From positions 2,459,618 to 2,523,617 of the forward strand of contig OZ253489.1 in the NCBI GenBank assembly GCA_965261965.1: DNA of 64,000 nucleotides, written 5' to 3'. This DNA is from Dehalococcoidia bacterium (GTDB taxonomy: Bacteria > Chloroflexota > Dehalococcoidia > Lucifugimonadales > JAGWBF01). The notes beneath the pieces were generated by a model. That model was not told the origin of the DNA. It worked only from the letters and a program-made list of their open reading frames with translations, and did not search any database. Positions within the stretch are counted from its first letter, which is position 1, and each line of letters begins with the position of its first letter. This document shows, piece after piece, positions 18,960 through 27,804 of this stretch. The translations under genes were made by a program, and so were the position numbers.

Positions 18960-19410
18960 CGTTCGCCCCCGTATCAAGGGCGGGGCAGGCTCTGAGCTTG
19001 TCGAAGGGCCGTCCGATCATGGTTCGACAGGCTCACCACGAACGGGTGCCCCACGCAACCATTCCTGCGAAGGCAGGAATCCATCCATGGGGCGCGGGGG
19101 AGCGCCCCATCCCCCCTCTGGGCGCCCGCGTGCGCGGGCAAGACGACACCCCATCCGTCATTCCTGCGGAAGCAGGAATCCATCCCCATCCTCCTTGCCC
19201 CGCTCGCATGGTTCGACAGGCTCACCACGAACGGGCAAGGCGTCACGTCGTCATGCCCGCGAAGCTTGTCCTCGTGGAAACGGGGCGCGGGCATCCAGAG
19301 GGGGGAGGGGCCTCCACCGCCCCAGCCCTGGATTCCTGCCTACGCAGGAATGACGATGGATGGTTGCCCCGCCCGCATGGTTCGACAAGCTCACCACGAA
19401 CGGGCATGAC
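18960..19410. repeat. cluster of REP-like intergenic repeats
   Basis: ATGGTTCGACAGGCTCACCACGAACGGG occurs x3 (19019, 19208, 19377) and inverted at 17619. CATTCCTGCGRAGGCAGGAATCC occurs x2-3. GTATCAAGGGCGGGGCAGGCTCT recurs at ~50470. Confidence 0.65.
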
Positions 19411-19447
19411 GACAGGCGCCAACTCCACCCAATGAAGGAGAAGTGAA

Positions 19448-22400
19448 ATGAATATGCTCGCAGGCAACCATCGTTCGAAGATCAAGCTGATACCTTTGGC
19501 TACAGCGCTGGCTTTCCTCATAGTTGCGGCGGCTGTGGCCGTCCTGCTCTCCTCTCACACGGCTTCCGCGCAGGAGACGGGGCCGGAAGCGGACACCGCG
19601 CCCACAGTGTCGGACACGTCGGCGCTGCGGACGCACACCGTCGAGGTCGGCGAGTGGTTCAGCGTCACGCTGCCTGCGGCGGACGAGGGCAGCGGCAACG
19701 GCGGCCCTTACGACTACAACGTCTGGCATCAGGGGCAGGCGGCCAGCTTCATCAACGGGATTGACGGCATCACCTTCGACCCCTCATCCCGGACCCTCTC
19801 CGGCACGCCGCAGCAGTCCGACCAGTACCTGATGAGCTACGTTGTCCACGACGGCGACGGCAACCGTGACCGCACAGACGCCTTCCGCAATCGCGATGGC
19901 CTGCGCGTCGAGGTGACCGCGCCCACACCGGAACCCACACCGGAGCCGACACCTGAACCCACGCCGGAACCCACACCGGAGCCGACACCTGAACCCACGC
20001 CGGAGCCGACACCTGAACCCACGCCGGAACCCACACCGGAACCCACGCCGGAACCGACGCCGGAGGTCCCGCCCTACTTCCCGGCGGCCGTAATCAGCTA
20101 CAACTTCACCCAGGGCCAGGACATCGGGACGGTGACCTTGCCCGAGGCAGCGGGCGGCGCGGGCGGCTTCACCTACGCCCTGTCGCCTGCCCTGCCGGCC
20201 GGCCTGGCCTTTGCCCCTGCCGTCCGCGCCCTCACCGGCGCTCCAACCGGGGACAGCAGCTACTCCATGACCTACACCGCCACCGACGCCGAGGGCGCGC
20301 AGGCGGAATTGACCTTCACCATTGAGGTACTGCCCGTTGCCGTGCCGCCCAAGGGCCAATCCTCGCATCCCCCACCCCCAACGGTGGTCGACCTGACCAC
20401 CGAAAACGTCCCTTCCTCAGCGGCTACCGGCGTCACCCGGCTCAGCTGGCCCCCCTCCCCCGACAACGTCTCCTTTGACTACCTGGATTACACCGTCATG
20501 GTCAGGGTGAAGGGCGACACTGTCAGCAACCCAATCGATACCCAGCGGGAAACCTACAGTACCAGTATGGAATGGGGTGGCCTCGCTTACAATATCGACC
20601 ATCAGTTCCGGCTGCGGGCAAACGGCGCCCGCGGAAGCCACGTCACTGCCGGCATCCTGCACGAGTGGACCGACTTCACCACCGCCATCGGCCCCATGCC
20701 GACCGGCCTGACCGTAGAGCGGGAAAGAGTCGGGGAAACCGGCGCCCCCAAATTGAGAGCCAGCTGGACCAGAGTGGCGCCGGCCGCCAGTTATCAGTAC
20801 CAATTCCGCAAGGTAGAAGAAGGCGCTTCCTGGGGAGGGCCTTTTGATACCGACTCACCGGATACCACGCTCGTCGATGGTGAAGCCAGCTTGCTCTACG
20901 AAGTCCAGGTACGCGCCAGCGGTGAAGGCGTATGGAATCGTTGGACCGAGTCGGTACAGGCCCGGTTCAACCGCCCGCCGGAAAAGCGGGGCAACGATCG
21001 TCACGATGACCTCACGGTTGCTAAGGGTGCAGGGCATTCTATCGGACTTTGGAACGAGTGGTTCAGTGACCCCGAGGGCGACACGCTGATTCCCTTTGCT
21101 AAATCCAGCGACCCCGCCCGGGTGTACATCAAAAAAATCCAGGGCCTCGATGACGGGAACCTGTTCGACTATGAGGCCCTCAACCAAGGACAAGCGACGC
21201 TCACCTACGGCGTCACCGACGGGTACGGCGGTAAATTCACCGAAGAGTCTTACATCATTACCGTGACCCATTCGGAGACCCGTGAAATTGCCGGGCCGTC
21301 CCCGCAATGGACTCCCGTGGGCGCGCCGATGACCGGAGTTCCCTACCAAGGCGAAGCGCTGACCTACACGCTGACCGGCGATGCGGCCGCGCCCAGCGGC
21401 CCCTTCGTCATAGATTCGGGCAGCGGACAGATCAGCGTGGCGCCCGGCGTCACCCTGCCCTACCGGGGTGAATGGTGCCATCGCTGGAGCAAGCCGGATG
21501 GGTCCGAAGAGATTTGCCAACCCATGCCCGCGGACAAGACCTTTACCGGCCAGGTGGGCTACACCGTGGGCGGCCATCCTTCGGCCATCGACCTCACCAT
21601 CCGGGTGACCGAAGCCGTGACCCCGGACGCGCCCGATGCCCCGACGGTCACCCGCACGCGCCTCGACGTCGAGACGCTTCCGGCCCTGGACGTGACCTGG
21701 AGCGCCCCGGCGGACAACGGCGTGGCCATCACCGGCTACCAGGCGCAGTATCGCAAGCAGGGCGCCGCCGCGTGGACCGACTACACCGGCTCGCCGGCGG
21801 CAGGCGCGACCACCCTCAACCTCCCGGACCTGGAGCCCGGCGCTATCTATGAAGTGCAGGTGCGGGCAACAAGCGCCGGCGGCCCCAGCCTCTGGTCGGA
21901 GACCGGCGATGGCCGGGCCAACCGCCCGCCGCACCGGGCCACTTGGTCCTTCTCAAACGCGAGCGTAAGAGTCGGTGCATGGTACCGTGACTGGCTTACC
22001 CAGAAGCGTTTTTTCGGCGATGCCGACGGCGACACTCTGACCTTCTTTACTAGATCCAGCAACCCGGCCTTGCTCAGTACCTGGGTTGGTGACAACGGCA
22101 ACTCGTCGAACTTCGTTGCTGTCAATCCCGGCACAGCAACCGAGACCTACGGGGTCGTGGACGGGTACGGAGGGAAAGTATCCCGGACCGTTGTTTATTC
22201 GGGGTGGGTCAACGTGGTGCGACGGGCGCCGGAGTCGCCCCGGGGCTATTACGTGGGCTACCCGGTGACGGGCAACCGGACGGCGCATAACTACGCCATA
22301 TCGCCCTACACCCTGACCGGCGAGGCGGCCGCAACCTTTGACATCAACCCGTCCACCGGGCAGATTACCCTGAAGCCGGGCCACACCCTGGACTACGAGA

Positions 22401-24670
22401 CCAAGAGCGCCTACACCGGGCGGGTGGAATACACCATAAACGGCGGGGCCGCCCGCATCGGGCTGACCATCCAGGTTACGGACCTGCCGGCCCCGGACAG
22501 GCCCATGCCTCCCACGGTGACGGCGGTTGAGGGTTCCGATAGCTCGCTGAATCTGGGCTGGACGGCCCCTAGGAGCTACTACGCGCCCATCACCGATTAC
22601 GACCTGCGCTACCGCCTGCGCGGCGGCAATTCCGGCTGGACTGAACATCCCTTCGAGGGCGCGGGCGTCTCGACCGCACTCACCGGCTTCCCCAACGCGG
22701 CCAACTACGAGGCCCAGGTGCGGGCCACCAGCGCCGAAGGGACCAGCCCGTGGTCGGACAGCGGCTACACCGGCGCAGAGCCGCCGGCCCCGGACGTCGA
22801 CCCCGACCCGATCGACGACCCTGACGACGACCTCGACCAGGACCCAGACCCGGACGGCGACCCGGAAGAGAAGCCAACCGAAGGCCCCGGTGGGGCAAAC
22901 ACCGCCCCCTATTTCGGCGGACCGGAATACCGGTACGTGGACGAGATGGCGGCGGCCGGGACCGCCTTGGACGACCCCGTAACAGCCACAGACGACGAGA
23001 ACGACGCGCTGACCTACTCCATCAGCGGGGGCGGCGACTTCACCATCGACTCCGGCACAGGGCAGATCCGGGTGGCTGAGGGAGCGGCGCTGCACCGTTC
23101 GACCACCCCGTCGTACGTCGTGATAGTCAGCGTCAGCGACGGCAAGGACTCGACCGGCGCCGCGGACCCGGCGGTGGACGGCTCGGTGGAAGTGACCATC
23201 CTGGTGACCGATGCCGATAATCCCCGTCGCGCCCTGTCGTTCACGCTGGCCGGGCCGGAGGGGCCGCGCCTGACCGCCGCCCCGTTCGACGTTACCGCCA
23301 CCTTCTCCGAGCCGCCCGGACCGTATGACCTGGCTTCCGAAAACCTCGTCACTCCACTCAACGCCCAGGAGAACGGGACTGTGGTGACCTTTTCCGGCGT
23401 ACAGCCCAGCTACGACGGTTCCCGCTGGGGCACATCGCCCTACACTGCGCGGATCAGCGTCGATTGGCGCGGCCTCAGCGAGGCGTACGAGGTGAGCGTG
23501 GACCCGGACCCGCCGCGGGTGCACCGTCTCTCCGGCCCGTCGGAAACCCAGAAAGGCGTCTTCACCGTGGATATCCAGCTGACCGAAGCCGTGGAGGGCT
23601 TCACGGCGGACGACCTGGACGTGAACATCGGCGAGGTCACGGCCCTGCGGAACACCGGCCAGTGGCTCTGGGAGGCGGACATCCGCCCCAACGCCGACGG
23701 AGCGCTGACGGTGGACATCGCGGCGAACAAGTTCCAGGACGTGAGCGGCCACCGGAACACGGCGGCCCAGCAGTACACGGTGCAGGTTAACCTCTTGCCG
23801 GCCACGCCGGGCGCGCCAAAGCTGCTCCGGTCCGCCGCGGACCGATTCACGATCCTGGACGTCCTCTGGGGCGCCCCCCAGATTGTGGACGGCCCACCCA
23901 TCACCGGGTACGACGTGCGATACCAGCAGGCCGGCTCCGCTGAATGGAGCAACCACCCGTTCTCCGGCGCAAACCCCATAACCACCCTCCGGGACCTGTC
24001 GGAAGGCACGGCCTACCGGGCCCAGGTGCGGGCCCGCAACGCCCACGGCGTCAGCGAGTGGTCCGACCCGGGTGAGGGCTCCACGTTGCAGCCCCTCCTG
24101 GAGCCCACCATCTGGGAGATCGAGTTCGGGCGGAGATACCTCGACATTATCTGCGACCCGGGGAAGGACCATTATCCTGGGGCCGGGGGCTACCAAGACC
24201 AAAATGTCATCATAGGGGGGACAAGGTTGTCTCCACAGCAGCTTGCCCACCCCACGCCCGCAGAGTACTTCGTCGTGCTGGACGCCTCTTGCGTGGACGG
24301 CGACAATGTGTCCATAAGAGGATCGGATAGAGAATCGGATTTCGAATGGACTTGGCAACAGACCGGCAGCGCCAACTTCCTTCCGTACTACAGCCTTAGC
24401 GGGGGAGGCATTGCCGGCACTAAACGCTCCAGGGTAGAGGGAAGCGCCATAAGCTTCGATTGCGGCAATGAGGGCTGGAGACCGCCGCACGGGGAGTATG
24501 TGTTCGTGGTGACCGTTACCAAGGACGGGGAATTCTACCAGAAACAGTTCGTTTCGTTCACCATCGGGAATCCCGCGCCGCCCGATGGCGCGGATGGTTC
24601 CGGCGGCCCTGCCCCGGAGACCACAGCCGAAGCGGGCCCCGACCTGGCCGGCGCCCCGGGCAGATCGTGA
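19448..24670 (+). CDS. giant surface adhesin-like protein, 5' reading frame
   Basis: 1740 aa. It has a signal/TM helix, a (PTPE)n linker, Ig/cadherin-like repeats (FTYALSPALPAGL...TGAP) and several FN3 modules (W.AP...G..ITGY...YR......W.......YEVQVRA). AAGGAG lies before the ATG. Confidence 0.8.
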   Translation: MNMLAGNHRSKIKLIPLATALAFLIVAAAVAVLLSSHTASAQETGPEADTAPTVSDTSALRTHTVEVGEWFSVTLPAADEGSGNGGPYDYNVWHQGQAASFINGIDGITFDPSSRTLSGTPQQSDQYLMSYVVHDGDGNRDRTDAFRNRDGLRVEVTAPTPEPTPEPTPEPTPEPTPEPTPEPTPEPTPEPTPEPTPEPTPEPTPEVPPYFPAAVISYNFTQGQDIGTVTLPEAAGGAGGFTYALSPALPAGLAFAPAVRALTGAPTGDSSYSMTYTATDAEGAQAELTFTIEVLPVAVPPKGQSSHPPPPTVVDLTTENVPSSAATGVTRLSWPPSPDNVSFDYLDYTVMVRVKGDTVSNPIDTQRETYSTSMEWGGLAYNIDHQFRLRANGARGSHVTAGILHEWTDFTTAIGPMPTGLTVERERVGETGAPKLRASWTRVAPAASYQYQFRKVEEGASWGGPFDTDSPDTTLVDGEASLLYEVQVRASGEGVWNRWTESVQARFNRPPEKRGNDRHDDLTVAKGAGHSIGLWNEWFSDPEGDTLIPFAKSSDPARVYIKKIQGLDDGNLFDYEALNQGQATLTYGVTDGYGGKFTEESYIITVTHSETREIAGPSPQWTPVGAPMTGVPYQGEALTYTLTGDAAAPSGPFVIDSGSGQISVAPGVTLPYRGEWCHRWSKPDGSEEICQPMPADKTFTGQVGYTVGGHPSAIDLTIRVTEAVTPDAPDAPTVTRTRLDVETLPALDVTWSAPADNGVAITGYQAQYRKQGAAAWTDYTGSPAAGATTLNLPDLEPGAIYEVQVRATSAGGPSLWSETGDGRANRPPHRATWSFSNASVRVGAWYRDWLTQKRFFGDADGDTLTFFTRSSNPALLSTWVGDNGNSSNFVAVNPGTATETYGVVDGYGGKVSRTVVYSGWVNVVRRAPESPRGYYVGYPVTGNRTAHNYAISPYTLTGEAAATFDINPSTGQITLKPGHTLDYETKSAYTGRVEYTINGGAARIGLTIQVTDLPAPDRPMPPTVTAVEGSDSSLNLGWTAPRSYYAPITDYDLRYRLRGGNSGWTEHPFEGAGVSTALTGFPNAANYEAQVRATSAEGTSPWSDSGYTGAEPPAPDVDPDPIDDPDDDLDQDPDPDGDPEEKPTEGPGGANTAPYFGGPEYRYVDEMAAAGTALDDPVTATDDENDALTYSISGGGDFTIDSGTGQIRVAEGAALHRSTTPSYVVIVSVSDGKDSTGAADPAVDGSVEVTILVTDADNPRRALSFTLAGPEGPRLTAAPFDVTATFSEPPGPYDLASENLVTPLNAQENGTVVTFSGVQPSYDGSRWGTSPYTARISVDWRGLSEAYEVSVDPDPPRVHRLSGPSETQKGVFTVDIQLTEAVEGFTADDLDVNIGEVTALRNTGQWLWEADIRPNADGALTVDIAANKFQDVSGHRNTAAQQYTVQVNLLPATPGAPKLLRSAADRFTILDVLWGAPQIVDGPPITGYDVRYQQAGSAEWSNHPFSGANPITTLRDLSEGTAYRAQVRARNAHGVSEWSDPGEGSTLQPLLEPTIWEIEFGRRYLDIICDPGKDHYPGAGGYQDQNVIIGGTRLSPQQLAHPTPAEYFVVLDASCVDGDNVSIRGSDRESDFEWTWQQTGSANFLPYYSLSGGGIAGTKRSRVEGSAISFDCGNEGWRPPHGEYVFVVTVTKDGEFYQKQFVSFTIGNPAPPDGADGSGGPAPETTAEAGPDLAGAPGRS
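19922..20064 (+). repeat. in-frame tandem 12-nt repeats encoding a (PTPE)n linker
   Basis: CCN ACN CCG GAR units are repeated about 12 times with synonymous variation. They lie inside the adhesin ORF. Confidence 0.85.
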
Positions 24671-25488
24671 CCCTCCAGGGCACGGGCAGCACGAACCCCC
24701 ACGGCGAATGGTGGAAGATGGCCCACGCTTGGACGCAACTGTCCGGCCCCGCCGTAACCCTCAGCGACGCTACCGTGGGCAACCCCAGCTTCACGCTGCC
24801 GGACGACGCGGTGGTTGGGACGACGCTGGAGTTCCAGCTTACCGTCACGGATAAGGAGGGCCAGTCCGACTCCGACACCGTGACCGTCACTGTATTGCCG
24901 ACGCCCACTGCCAAGGCAGGCCCGGACCTGACGGGGACGCTGGGCGAGAGCGTGACCTTGCAGGGCAAAGGCAGCACGAATCCCTACGGCAGGTGGCACC
25001 AGATGGCCCACCGCTGGACGCAGCTATCGGGGCCGACGGTCGCGCTCAGCGATCCGACTCGGGGTAACCCCAGCTTCACCGTGCCAGCCGGCGCAGCCGA
25101 TGGTACGACTCTGGAGTTCCAGCTTACCGTCACCGACAGGGAGGGACAGTCAGACTCCGACACCATGATAGTTACGGTCACCGTCATCCTGCCCACGGCC
25201 AAGGCAGGCCCTGACCTGACGGGCGCGCCCGGCGAGAGCGTGACCCTGCAGGGCAAAGGCAGCACGAACCCCTACGGCAGTTGGTACAAGATGGCCCACG
25301 CTTGGACGCAACTATCCGGGCCGACGGTCACCCTCAGCGACGCCACCGTGGGCAACCCCAGCTTCACGCTGCCAGCCAACGCCGCGGACGGAACGACGCT
25401 GGAGTTCCGGCTGACGGTCACCGACGAGGAGGGCCATTCGGACTCGGACATCGTAACCGTGACGGTGCAGAGCGGAGACGGCGGGTAG
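24667..25488 (+). CDS. adhesin 3' reading frame: PKD-like repeats, separated from 19448..24670 by a 1-nt frameshift
   Basis: The units start at 24626, 24910 and 25198 and are 284, 288 and ~288 nt long (AKAGPDLTG..VTLQGKGSTNPYG...WTQLSGP...GNPSFT.P...TLEFQLTVTD.EGQSDSD). The first unit spans the frame break. Confidence 0.75.
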   Translation: MTLQGTGSTNPHGEWWKMAHAWTQLSGPAVTLSDATVGNPSFTLPDDAVVGTTLEFQLTVTDKEGQSDSDTVTVTVLPTPTAKAGPDLTGTLGESVTLQGKGSTNPYGRWHQMAHRWTQLSGPTVALSDPTRGNPSFTVPAGAADGTTLEFQLTVTDREGQSDSDTMIVTVTVILPTAKAGPDLTGAPGESVTLQGKGSTNPYGSWYKMAHAWTQLSGPTVTLSDATVGNPSFTLPANAADGTTLEFRLTVTDEEGHSDSDIVTVTVQSGDGG

Positions 25489-25518
25489 CGGAGAGAATCG
25501 GGGGCCGGTCCCCTGAGG

Positions 25519-25559
25519 CAACGCCGCCGGCAGGTCTGTCAAGGCTGCCGGCGGCGTTG
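25519..25559 (+). terminator. stem-loop downstream of the adhesin gene
   Basis: CAACGCCGCCGGCAG - 11 nt - CTGCCGGCGGCGTTG forms a 15-bp perfect stem 31 nt after the stop. The following T-tract is weak (TTG). Confidence 0.45.
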
Positions 25560-25765
25560 TTGCGCGAGGGCGGCTGAGGGAAGCCTTCCTGCGCCGCGAG
25601 GCTCTGCCCTACGCCACATACGCCTGGAGGATGTCCACAGCAGCGTCAAATTGGCTGGAACCGGCTTCACCGGCCACTTTGCTAGCCACAGCCCACTCCC
25701 CGCCGGAGGAGATACGGGCCGATATAATGGAATGGCATAGATCGGGAGACGTAGGGGTTGTTAAG

Positions 25766-27483
25766 CCCTAATCCACCGAAGGACGGCGTGTAGGAGGCCT
25801 GCTGAAGAAACAAAAGGGTGCGCCTCTGAATCTGGGATAATGGTTTTGTAACAGAAAACCGGTCCCAGAAAAGGAGCACCCGATAGATGCTACCACGTAA
25901 CCACCCCGACCGCATCCAAATCGCCTTCGACGATCACCGCCTGGTGGCCAATGCCGGGCTGATCCTTCCCGCCACCCTCGCCCTGCGCCTTGGCCTGCCC
26001 CAACTCCTCCGGAAGGACCTCGACCTCGGCGGCGCACCGGGCCGGGCGAACACCGGCGACAAGATGATGACCCTGGTGGCCTCCGCCCTAGCCGGCGGAG
26101 ATTGCATCGACGACGCCGATGTGCTGCGCGCCGGCGGGACCGCCCGCGTGCTCGGTTTCACGGCTAAGGCGCCCTCCACCCTGGGGACCTTCCTGCGCAG
26201 CTTCAGGTGGGGCCATGTCCGCCAACTGGACCGGGTGAGCCGCGAGTTGCTGGCCCGGGTCTGGAAGGCCGGTGCCGGACCCGGCGACGCGCCGTTCACC
26301 ATCGACCTCGATTCCACCATCTGCGAGACCTACGGACTGGCCAAGGAGGGCGCCCGCCACCACGGCTATACCGGCAAGCGGGGCTACCACCCGCTGCTGG
26401 CCATCGCCGCCGGCACCGGAGACGTGCTGATGTCCCGGCTGCGCGAGGGCCGGGCCAACACCGCCCGCGGCGCCGCCCACTTCCTGCGGGAGACGGTGGG
26501 ACGGGTGCGCTACGCCGGGGCCAACGGACGACTCACGCTACGGGCCGACAGCGGGTTCTACACTCATGGCGTGGTATCCGTCTGCCGCAAGATGGATGTC
26601 CGCTTCTCCATCACCATCCGCCAGCACAAGAGCCTGCGCAATCTCATCGAGGCGATACCAGAGGATGCCTGGACTCCCATTCCCTACTGGATGGACGGCG
26701 CCGCCGATGTGGCCGAGACCACCTGCACTCCGTTCCAGAGTGAACCTGACGCCGCACCGGTGCGGCTCATCGTCCGGCGTGTGAAGCCCACGCCCGGTTC
26801 CCAGCTGGCCCTCTTCGCCTCCTACAGCTATCACGGCTTCATCACCGACCGGGACGGGGAGATGCTCGAACTGGAGGCCGACCATCGCCGCCACGCCGAG
26901 ATCGAGAATGCCATCCGAGACCTCAAGCACGGTGTGGGGTTGAACCATCTCCCCTCGGGCCGCTTCGCCGCCAACGCCGCCTGGCTGGCGGTACAGGTGA
27001 TGGCCCACAACCTCGCCCGCTGGACAGCGCGCATCGGTCTGGGCGAGCAGATCGTGACCACCAAGACCCTCAGACGACGGTTCTTCTCCCTGGCCGGACG
27101 GATCACCCGCTCGGCACGCCGCCTCACACTGCATCTGCCACAGCGCTGGCCTTGGGAAGCCCAGTTCGATCGTGCCCTGGCCCGATTGCGCGCCCTGCCA
27201 CTCCCTGCCTGACGGCGCCCGTCCGCCACTGACTCGCCAGCCAACCCAACGTCCCCGCAAACTCGCGCCAGCCCAGTCCGCGAGCGCCTCTTGCCGTGTC
27301 CTATCCCGCCATCTCGCTCTCCACAGCCACTGTAGGCCGCCATCGGTGCCCCCAAAAGCGCCTGCAGACCGCCCGCCAACCTCCCGTCTACCCAAATTCG
27401 AGCCCGGATCATCGCGCCTGTAACTCCCTCACCCCCTTCCGCTGTCCTCACGCCGTCCATCCCTGTCCATCGGTGGATTCGGG
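25766..27483 (+). mobile_element. IS1380-family insertion sequence, copy B (1718 bp)
   Basis: Identical to 6944..8661 at a constant offset of 18822. Its own 5-bp direct repeat, TTAAG, lies at 25761-25765 and 27484-27488. Confidence 0.9.
25887..27212 (+). CDS. IS1380-family DDE transposase
   Basis: The 441-aa product is identical to that of 7065..8390. Confidence 0.9.
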   Translation: MLPRNHPDRIQIAFDDHRLVANAGLILPATLALRLGLPQLLRKDLDLGGAPGRANTGDKMMTLVASALAGGDCIDDADVLRAGGTARVLGFTAKAPSTLGTFLRSFRWGHVRQLDRVSRELLARVWKAGAGPGDAPFTIDLDSTICETYGLAKEGARHHGYTGKRGYHPLLAIAAGTGDVLMSRLREGRANTARGAAHFLRETVGRVRYAGANGRLTLRADSGFYTHGVVSVCRKMDVRFSITIRQHKSLRNLIEAIPEDAWTPIPYWMDGAADVAETTCTPFQSEPDAAPVRLIVRRVKPTPGSQLALFASYSYHGFITDRDGEMLELEADHRRHAEIENAIRDLKHGVGLNHLPSGRFAANAAWLAVQVMAHNLARWTARIGLGEQIVTTKTLRRRFFSLAGRITRSARRLTLHLPQRWPWEAQFDRALARLRALPLPA

Positions 27484-27804
27484 TTAAGGGAGATGTGGAT
27501 CCAGAATGGGACAGCTAGAGGGATCATCGGATTCCGGAGAGGTGAGCCCGCCCGTACCAGGCACGGCTTCGGCTGGACGGCTGACTATAGTATCAACCCG
27601 AACCTCAACGTGAAGGTCCTTTATTTTGTCAAGTCTGGTGGGCCTAAGGAGACTGTACTGCGAACTTTTCGCTGGGAGGTCCCAATATAGGATGGCATGA
27701 CTGAGACAATTTGGCACAGCAGTCGCAAGGAGCGGGCAGTGGTCACTCGCGCTCCTAAGCCAAAGGGTGCCATCCCCCCCCTCGCTCGACGCATTTTCGT
27801 CTCA

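Noticed and set aside
18706-19353. 215-aa ORF.
   Set aside because: Only the first ~60 aa are MarR-like. The remainder is a translation of the REP-like repeats (VRQAHHER, IPAKAGIH-type peptides).
21953-24490. 845-aa ORF antisense to the adhesin gene. Similar long ORFs are 38166..40031 (+), 43519..44982 (+), 47015..48397 (-), 30278..31636 (+), 7716..8573 (-), 45127..46101 (+) and 50405..51214 (-).
   Set aside because: They are Arg/Gly/Pro/Ala-rich and low in complexity, and carry no recognisable motifs. Each overlaps a gene on the other strand or frame that has clear family signatures. This is the expected artefact of high GC content.
6944-27483. Composite transposon formed by the two identical IS1380 copies.
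   Set aside because: Each copy has its own matching 5-bp duplication (TTTAC/TTTAC and TTAAG/TTAAG). A composite that moved as a unit would instead share one duplication across the outer ends. The structure is only a potential recombination substrate.
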